Both the position numbers and the translations under genes were made by a program. Below the pieces are notes generated by a model. The model was not told where the DNA came from. It did not search any database and saw only the letters and a program-made list of their open reading frames with translations. From a virus: DNA of 64,000 bases. Positions 34,001 to 43,000 of this stretch are shown piece by piece (within the stretch, counting starts at the first letter, position 1; every line of letters starts with the position of its first letter). The DNA is taken from positions 25,109-89,108 of IMG/VR virus record IMGVR_UViG_3300030098_006058. One strand, given 5' to 3'.

Positions 34001-37000
34001 AAACAGATCCTGCATCTGATATACTATCTGAAAAAGAAGTACAATGGTTTAAAGATAAATTTGGAGAAGAGGGATTAGAAATAGCCCAAAGAATTAAATA
34101 TATTATATTAAAAGATGGCCGAATGGCATATGGAAAATACCATAAAGGTATGGTTACATTAGCACAATTTGGTAAAGAAGGTACAGCTTATTGGGAAGCT
34201 ATGCGTCGTATAATGGATTTACATCTAACACCAGAAGAAAAAAATGATTTAACTCTTGCAGCTATTAATAGATGGAATGATACAGATCAAAAACAAGTTG
34301 AAATAAATATTGCTAGAGGTTTTATGGAATTCATGTTAACTGAAAATGACTCATCTCTTTCTGGTATTTTAAAAAGATTCTTTAGAAATCTTCTATATTA
34401 TATAAAAAATATGTTAGGTATGAAGCCTAGTATAGATCAAATGTTCAAAGATTTATCTAATAGAACTTATACAAAATATAATGTTAAAGAATTAAATGAA
34501 TTATCTCAAGTTCAAAATGTAGCTAAATTACGAGAAAAGAAAAATTATACAGAACTAGAGGTTGAAGATATAACCTCAAGTATAAACTTTATGTTATGGG
34601 AACATTTAAATAATAAATATGGAGATAATTGGGTAGATATTTTAAGTAAACCTGTAGAACTTGCAAAAGAATATGAAAAAATTAGAATAAGTTGGAGAAA
34701 TAAGTCAGAAGAAAGATTGAAAGATCCAAATTTAAGTGAGCTTAATCGAAGAATCCATTCTAATATATTAGATATAACTGATGAATCTGTATTTTATACC
34801 CAATTTGAAAAAGTAGGTAAAAATAGAATCAATTTAGAAAATGTTACTGATGTTGGATTTAGAGATTTAGCAGTAGAAGGGTTGATAGAATGGGGTTATA
34901 AATTTAAATTTAAAAAAGATTTTACTCTAGATTACGACTCTAAACCAGAAATAACAGAAGCAATTCCTAATGAAGAAGAAGTATCTACTGAAGATATTGG
35001 AATTGAAGATATAGAAAAATTAGAAAAGATATATGGTATGAATTTTTGGCATCAAGACCAAAGATCTACATTATCTAAAGAGGTTAAAATAGGATTAAGT
35101 TTTATTAAGAGCCGTGAGAGAAGTAATATAACAGGTAGTTATAAATTTATACCATTTGATGATATATATAATTATATTTCTGCTGCACTTTCTAATGTAC
35201 CTCAAAAATATATAGAATCTACATTAAGAGGTTTACAAAATAAAACAGTAAATGGTCAAAATGTAATGCCAAGCGTTATTAGAGTATTTGATCAAGCTTC
35301 CGACCAATGGAAAAGAAAATTCTTAACACATTTCAATAAACAAAATATTTTATTTAAAACATTAGTTATTGAAGGAGGTAAAACTAAAACTGTATTTACT
35401 AATAGAAATGGTATCCACCAACAAATTATGAATGAATGGATAGCAGCACGAGGTTTAACTAATATCTTTACAGAAAGAGTAGGAAAACCCGACGAAATAA
35501 ATATAGAAGAAGTTGAAAAAATATGGAGTAAAACAAAACCAGACATTTTCTATGATCAATTAATGCCTATTTACCAAAAATATATTAAATTATTAGGTAA
35601 TCAAGCTGAACAAACAAAAGGAAAAGAAGAATATTTAAAAGTAATGACTCTTATTCTTGAAAAAATTGGGATAACTATACCAAAAGATGTTCAAAATGGT
35701 ATTATAAATGATGAAAAAATGAATGTGAAAGATTTACATTCATATATGACGGGTACAAATTCTGTATCTTATATGTTCACTAATAAACTTTTAAAAGGAC
35801 TTAGTCCATATATAGCAGAGAATCTAGAAGGGATGGCTCTTGGTAGACTTGCAGAGCTAGTTGCACAGTATAGAGTTGATAAATATTTATCTTCATTTAT
35901 TGGAGGAAACAGAAAACCTATATTTTCTATTAATCTTAATACATTTGGTTCAGATAGAGTTAATTTATTAACAGATCCTAGAACGTCGAAGCAGACAATA
36001 GATGAATATTTAAGTGATTCTTTTTATAATCCTCTTCCAGATAATAACAATTATATGCATCTTATTTTAAGATTGTTACAAATCCCTGAAGTAAGAGATA
36101 AATTTGTATTAAGTACTTTTGATGTTATACAAGAAAGAGGAGAATTTCAAGCAGGTAAAACATACGACGAATTAACAGAAGCAGTTTCTTGGAAAACAAG
36201 ATATGCTATGTTTTATAATAATGGATTACCATTTGCAGAAATTAATACAGGTACTAAAAGTGATAAAACAAATTTTCAATTTGTATTAGTTCCTAAAATA
36301 AACTATATGAATAGACGTCTTGGATTATGGACATCTCCTCATCAAGAAAATGCAAAAACATTTGTAGATACAGCTATAGATTTATTATATCCTTTAGCAT
36401 TAGCAGAATACAATAATATAATAAGAACAGAAAATGAATTATTTGGTCCTACTCCAATAAGTCCACGGGAAGAAATAAAAAATGTACATTATAAAGATGT
36501 TCCAGGAGATAGAAAAGGAAATGGATTAAGATTCTCTATGTTGGATATATTAAATGATTCTCAATATGAAATATTTACTCCAGAAGGTAGATTAAGAAGA
36601 CCTAGTAATGGGCTGACGCATGAAGATATGAATAGAATGCAAGCTTTAATAAAAACAGGTATTAAAAATTTCGTATTAAGAGAAGTGAATAAAACTTTAG
36701 ATTCAATGTCTAAATCAGGGGTCGTTAATAAAGTTAAAGAAGGCCATTATACAAATAATGGTTTACCTAGTGAAACATTAGCAGGAAGAGTAGGTACTGA
36801 AAATAATATATATGACTCCTTAGTTGGGTTTGCTATAAACGATTTAGTATATAAAAATTATCTCTCTACAATATTTGGTCCACCGGCCTTTTATTATAAA
36901 AATATTGTAGATAAAATGAAAAGAGGTTACCAAGATGTAACTCCAGGTTATAATGTAATAGTTGGTAAAAATGGTATGAAATCAAAGTTTAACCATGTAA

Positions 37001-40000
37001 CATTACGGGATATTTATAAACAACGACCTGAAAATGTTGCAAGGATAAAGAAAATATTAACAGATGCAGGAGTTTCTAATAAGGTAGCAGATAGAATTTC
37101 ACAAGCATATGCAAGTGTAATTAAAACTGATGGTCAAGGATATGTAACATTAGAATTTTACAAACAGATTTTAGAATCTACAGGACAATGGAGCCCTCAA
37201 CATCAAGAGTATTATGAAAAATATTGGGTTACAGGTAAAAAAATGCCAGCAGAAGCTAGAGATTTATTATTAGATCCTCTTAAAACATTCTATTTTGGAC
37301 CAAGAGTACATACTAATTCATTAGGAAATACAAGATTACGATGGGAACAATTAAAACATTCGGTTGTACCATTATTAAGAGAATGGACTGAAACTACAAA
37401 ACAAGAAGGAGAATTTACTTTAAATAATCTTAGACAAAGAATGGAAGGTGTAGGACAATATAAAGGTTTTACTCCAATAGATATGGTTGATTTTGAATCA
37501 GGTGTAAAAGTAGGTGCTAACGGTCTTACAGAATTTAATAGACCAGAAACATGGGTAGTTGAACAATTTGAAACTAAAAATTTAAGATTACCACAACTTA
37601 TTAAAACTAAAGTTAAAGATCCATTAGATGGAACTCAATGGGCTAAATTAATTTTAGAGAATTTATCTGTAGATAATAATTATACAATATTTGAAAAATC
37701 TTTTAATGGAGAAGAATTAAGAAAATTATATAACGATATATATGCTGAGAAAATTAAAAGATCTTCAGAGAAACTTATGAAACGAATAGGTTGGAATTCA
37801 TTTAAACAGAAATGGGAAAATAGAGACGAACTTATAAATACGCCAGAATTTGCACAAGCTCAATTAGAGTTTTTGAAAAAAGTAAGAGCTATTATAGAAG
37901 ATGGATTGACACAAAGAAATATGTCAGGTGTATATTTTGATGCTTTAGATTTAAGGGAAGTAAATGATATGATTACTAAATTTGATTTTGCTGTTCCTTT
38001 AGCATTCCCGACGTTTGCTAAAACATTTGAAAATTTACTTAATTCAGTTGTTAAAAATAATGTATTAAAACAAAGAGTACATGGTATGTCTGCTGTACAA
38101 GTAGCTGAATTTGGATCAGGAGTAGGTCAATTTACTGATGAATTACAAATTAAAAGATCTCCAAGTGGTGGTATATATGCAGAAGCGAGATTGTCTTATG
38201 ATATAGCTCTTAAATTAGGTTACCAGGGTAAAGTAGGTGAAATAAAAAATATAGATAAAAATATCTTAGAAGTATTAGGATATCGTATTCCAACTCAAGG
38301 TAAAAATTCTATGATATCTTTAAAAGTAATTGAAATATTACCAAGTACTATGGGAAGTATTATTCAGGTTCCTTCAGAATTAACTACAATGATGGGACAA
38401 GATTTTGATATTGATAAATTATATCTTATGTTCCCAGAACGTACTAAAACAGGGACAAAAATTGAAGCGTTCTCATACGACACATATTTATCTAAAGGAA
38501 GAAGTTTTGATGGTATCGGAGAGCAGAGTTTAAATAATGCTTTATTTGATATTAGAAAGGCTATACTAGAATCTAAACATACTGCTAGAGAAATTTTAGA
38601 TCCCCTTGATACAACTACTTATGAAGAAAAAATACGTGAATATGAACGTTTAGGAATAATACAGAAATTACAGAACTTGGCTGCAAATGCAACATCGACA
38701 GATGTATTCTTTGAAATGATTAATAAGGATGCTAATATGCTTATTGGTTTATTTTCATTACATGCTACAGGACATGCAATGGCCCAAGAAATGGGATTAG
38801 AATTAGATGATTTTTATTCTATTAATATAAATATTAATGGAAATGAATCATTAACTGATTTATCTCGTATTTTTGATTATTATGGTGGATTTATATCTAC
38901 TAATATTTCTGAAGATCAAAATGAATCATTAGATAACGGTACTAAACAACAAATAGGTAGGGTAGGAATTAATGTTTATAATCACGGTGTAAAAGCGCTT
39001 TTAACTAGAGCTGGGATCCCAGGAGGGATTGCTATTGATTTTATAAATCAAAAAATAATTAGAGAATATTTAGAGCTAAGACAGACTCAACCGGAAACAG
39101 TAAGTGAATTAGAATTAGCTGAACAATTAGCAGCTAAATATAAAGTTGCACAAGAATTCCAAGAAGCGAGAAAAGGTGCTAGATTTTTTACACCTACTCC
39201 AAAAAGCTTAACAGAAGGTCTTTCATTGGATTTAAAAGATAGAGAAAATGCTATTCAACAAATACAATTATTATCAGACTTTTTAAAATACCAAAAAGTA
39301 GGTAAAGATTTATCTAAATTTAATAAAATGGTATCTCCGGAGACTCTTAAAAATACAAGTAGAATGAGTTTCTTCGAAGAGTGGAAAAGAATAGAGGAAT
39401 ATTTAAACAGTGAAGATTCTTCATTAAGATGGACAAAAGGAAAAACAGCTAGATTAGAAGCATATGAAAAGTATGGTGTTGATGCAGCGTTAGATTTAGT
39501 AGGACATTTCTTACCTTATAATACTGAAGCATTTTTAGCATTAAAAGATAAAATTAGTGAAGTATTGGCTATTAGAGATGGTATATTAAAACCAGATCAA
39601 ATAGATGTAATAAATAGTTTAGCTTTATATTGGTTATTTACTCAAAGAACAGAAGATAATCCATTACATAGAGCTTTATATGCTACAAATGAAGAGAATG
39701 CTATAACAGGAGAATATAATTCATCTTTAATATCAAAAAGATTATTTAGTAAAAAAGAAAGTTTAGCTTCTGAGTTATTAAAATTAAAGAAAGACTATCC
39801 AGAATTAAGAAATGATATTTTATTTGGGCTGTTATTCCCACATCGTGATAATGCTATAAAGTCTTTACAATTAATAGCTTTTAATAATAGTTCTAAACTT
39901 AGTCCTATTGTAAGATCTAGAATTTCAAATCGATGGAATGAGATATTAAATTTAGGAAAAAAATGGCAAGGTCAAAAATTAGAAGAATTAAGTCCTCTAG

Positions 40001-43000
40001 ATAGGCTTCAAGCAAATAAAGATCTTAGATTACAAAAATTTGGATTACAATTAGCAGCTTATTCTATAATAACATCAGGATTTATGATGGGCCCTAATTC
40101 TTTTATTGATTTATTACCTATTTCTTATCTTGAAGGTGCAGGATTTACTAGCTTTTTTAGAAAACAAATAAGAGGATTACAAGATCCTGGATTCTTTGGT
40201 GACCATGCTATAGATCAAATTATACGTAATATATTTAAAGATAAAGGATTAGTCCATTCGGTAAAATGGAGCAGTTTGCAAAAACCCTCTCTTAAAGGAT
40301 TATTAAGCTTTAATAAAAATACTTATTTTGTACGATTTGATTCTAATAAAGGATTAAAACAACATGAAGATCCTAGCACTGCGGCTAAATATATAAAATC
40401 ATACCATAGAGATACTACAGGAAAAGGAAGAGGAAAATGGAGATTATTTAGAATGGTAGGAAATCCACAACAAAATGGTGCTTATTATGAAGAAATATCA
40501 CCTTTAGGAGAAAGATGGAAATTTGTAGAATTATTTGAAGGAGGTTTAAAAGAAAAAAGTGTACATCCAGAGAATACAACTAGATTTAATATTACCCAAG
40601 AAAATGATATACGTGATAATACTACAGAAGGTGGAAATCCTAACAATGTATCTAATTTTGGAGAAAGTATGGGTTTATTTAGAATAGCCCCAATGTTTAA
40701 ACAATCTATTATAAAAGATTTAGATAATCGATTAATAGAATGGGTTCAAAAACATTATGGATTTAGTATTCAGGAATATAATAATCTTAAGAAAAGATTA
40801 GGAATTGATGCAGTGGGTATGGCAGATCTTTTAAATAGAACTTTATATTTATCAAGCTCAAGAGACCGTTTAACTGTACCAGAAGAAGTAGGACATGTTT
40901 TTATAGCATCATTACCTGAAAATATACAAAGAGAAATAGCAAGTTTAGCAGGCCAAACTAAATTACATCAAGAAGTTGCTAAAGAATATGCTAATGTATA
41001 CCAAACACCATTACAATTCCAATTAGAAACTGCTGGTAAGTTATTAGGTATGTATATTACACAGCAAGAAACAGGAGAAACTCTTAAAATAGAAGAAGCG
41101 GAAACTCCTGGTTTACTTGGAGCATTAAAACGTGCCTGGAACTGGCTTTGGAATAATATATTTAAATTATTTAATAAAGACATAGCTAGAACTGAATTAG
41201 AAAAGAATTTAGACGAATTATTTGGTCCTATGGCATCTAAAATTTATATGGGAATGAATCCTACAGAAATAAATAAAGATGCATCGGCTGAAAATTTAAA
41301 AACATTTGCAGAATTAGGAATAAATAAATTCTATAATCTAAATAAAGCAGCAGATAATATGAAAAGTAAAATTATAAATGCTGTAAATAATGTACAAACT
41401 TTTGTAGATGAAACGGGTAGAAAAGTAGATCAAAGATTAAGTAATGATAGTGTATCTGATTTAATTAACAGAGAAAAAGAAAGATTAGAAAGAACATTAG
41501 GGTGGAAAAAATCTGATTTCTTAAAAGAGCTTTTAAAAGAGAGTGAGGGAATCCAATTACCAGAAGTGAACGGAAAATTCTATACTATGGATGGTATAAA
41601 ATTACATAGAGTTTCTGATGTTATTCAATTATACCAACAACCGTTCGAAGAAGCTAAATTTGCTTCTTTAATAGCAGCAAAAAATAAAAGAGAAGGGAAT
41701 GAATTTAATACTAAAGATAGAGTATTAAAATTGTGGGAATTTCTTAGAAAAGATGTAGGAACAGGTATTCATACAGCTTTAGAAGCTATCATTAATAATA
41801 AAGATCCTAGGGAAGCTTTAACAGAATTAAATTTAAATCCTATCTCTAAAGCCGCTATTTTAAATAATTTACAAGAACTAAAAGATTGGGTAAATAAAAG
41901 AAAAGCAGCTGGAAGTAAACTACATGCAGAAGTAAAAATAGGAGACAAAATTGATTTAATAGGTGGTACAATAGATGTTTTAGAACAAACAAGTAATGGT
42001 AGAATTATTTTACATGATTGGAAAACAAAAATGTTAGGTAAATTTGTTACATTAAATCAAAAGTTACCAGCATTTAAAGAAGGTCCATTAAGTGGATTAC
42101 CTAATACTAAATTAAATCAATATAGATTACAACTTTCGCTATACAAACATATTATAGAACAAAAGGGATTAAAAGTAGATGACATACAAGTCCATGGTAT
42201 AGAAGTAGATACACAATGGAGTGAAAATGGAATTTTCTTTAATAATATTAAGTTTTTATCTGATAGACAAACAGCAAAGTCTACATTAAAGAATATAAAA
42301 CCTGTAAAATCTTACATAATTACTAATATTATGCGGGATATTAATCCTAGAAGTACTGCTAATATTAAAAAAGAGATAGATAATATATCTAAAGTAGCTG
42401 ATATATTAGCAGAAGCTAGAAATAATATTTTAACAAAAATAGCAGCACATAAGAAAACAGGAGATAAAACATATAGAGCTAGTTTAGAATCTTTATTAAC
42501 TAAATTAGATGAATTGAGTGAACGACAAGGGATAGCAGAATTTATGAAACAAGCTGTAAGAGATATTAATTTAGCGCATAAAAGATTATTAGAATTACAA
42601 GAAAAATCAGCTATTAATGCAAAAGATTTAATTGCAATAAGGAATTTTGTTGGAACTTATGATATTTTAGATAGAATGTTATTGATGTTACCAACATTAG
42701 TAGAAACAGATCAAATAAAAGAAATAGAAAACTTTATTGCACCAGCTATTGCAAAAAGACAAATGATTGATAGCTTATTCCTAGAATTAGGAATACCATT
42801 AGTGGCTAGTTTAATTATGGAAAAAACTACTAATCCAGACATGACTCTAGAAAAAGTAACTAAGCAATTAACCGAAGCTAGCCGTGATATAGGGTATTTA
42901 GAAAGATGGTTAGATGCATTAGGAGATTCAAATGATACTATATTAGCTAATGTAGATAAAATAATTAAAGATAAAAGAGGAGAAGTACAAAGATTTGAAT

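Noticed and set aside
1501-41183. Short antisense and alternate-frame ORFs in the supplied track (for example 1501-1695, 22830-23045, 24251-24472, 35292-35546)
   Set aside because: They are shadows of long AT-rich genes with no motifs or independent support.
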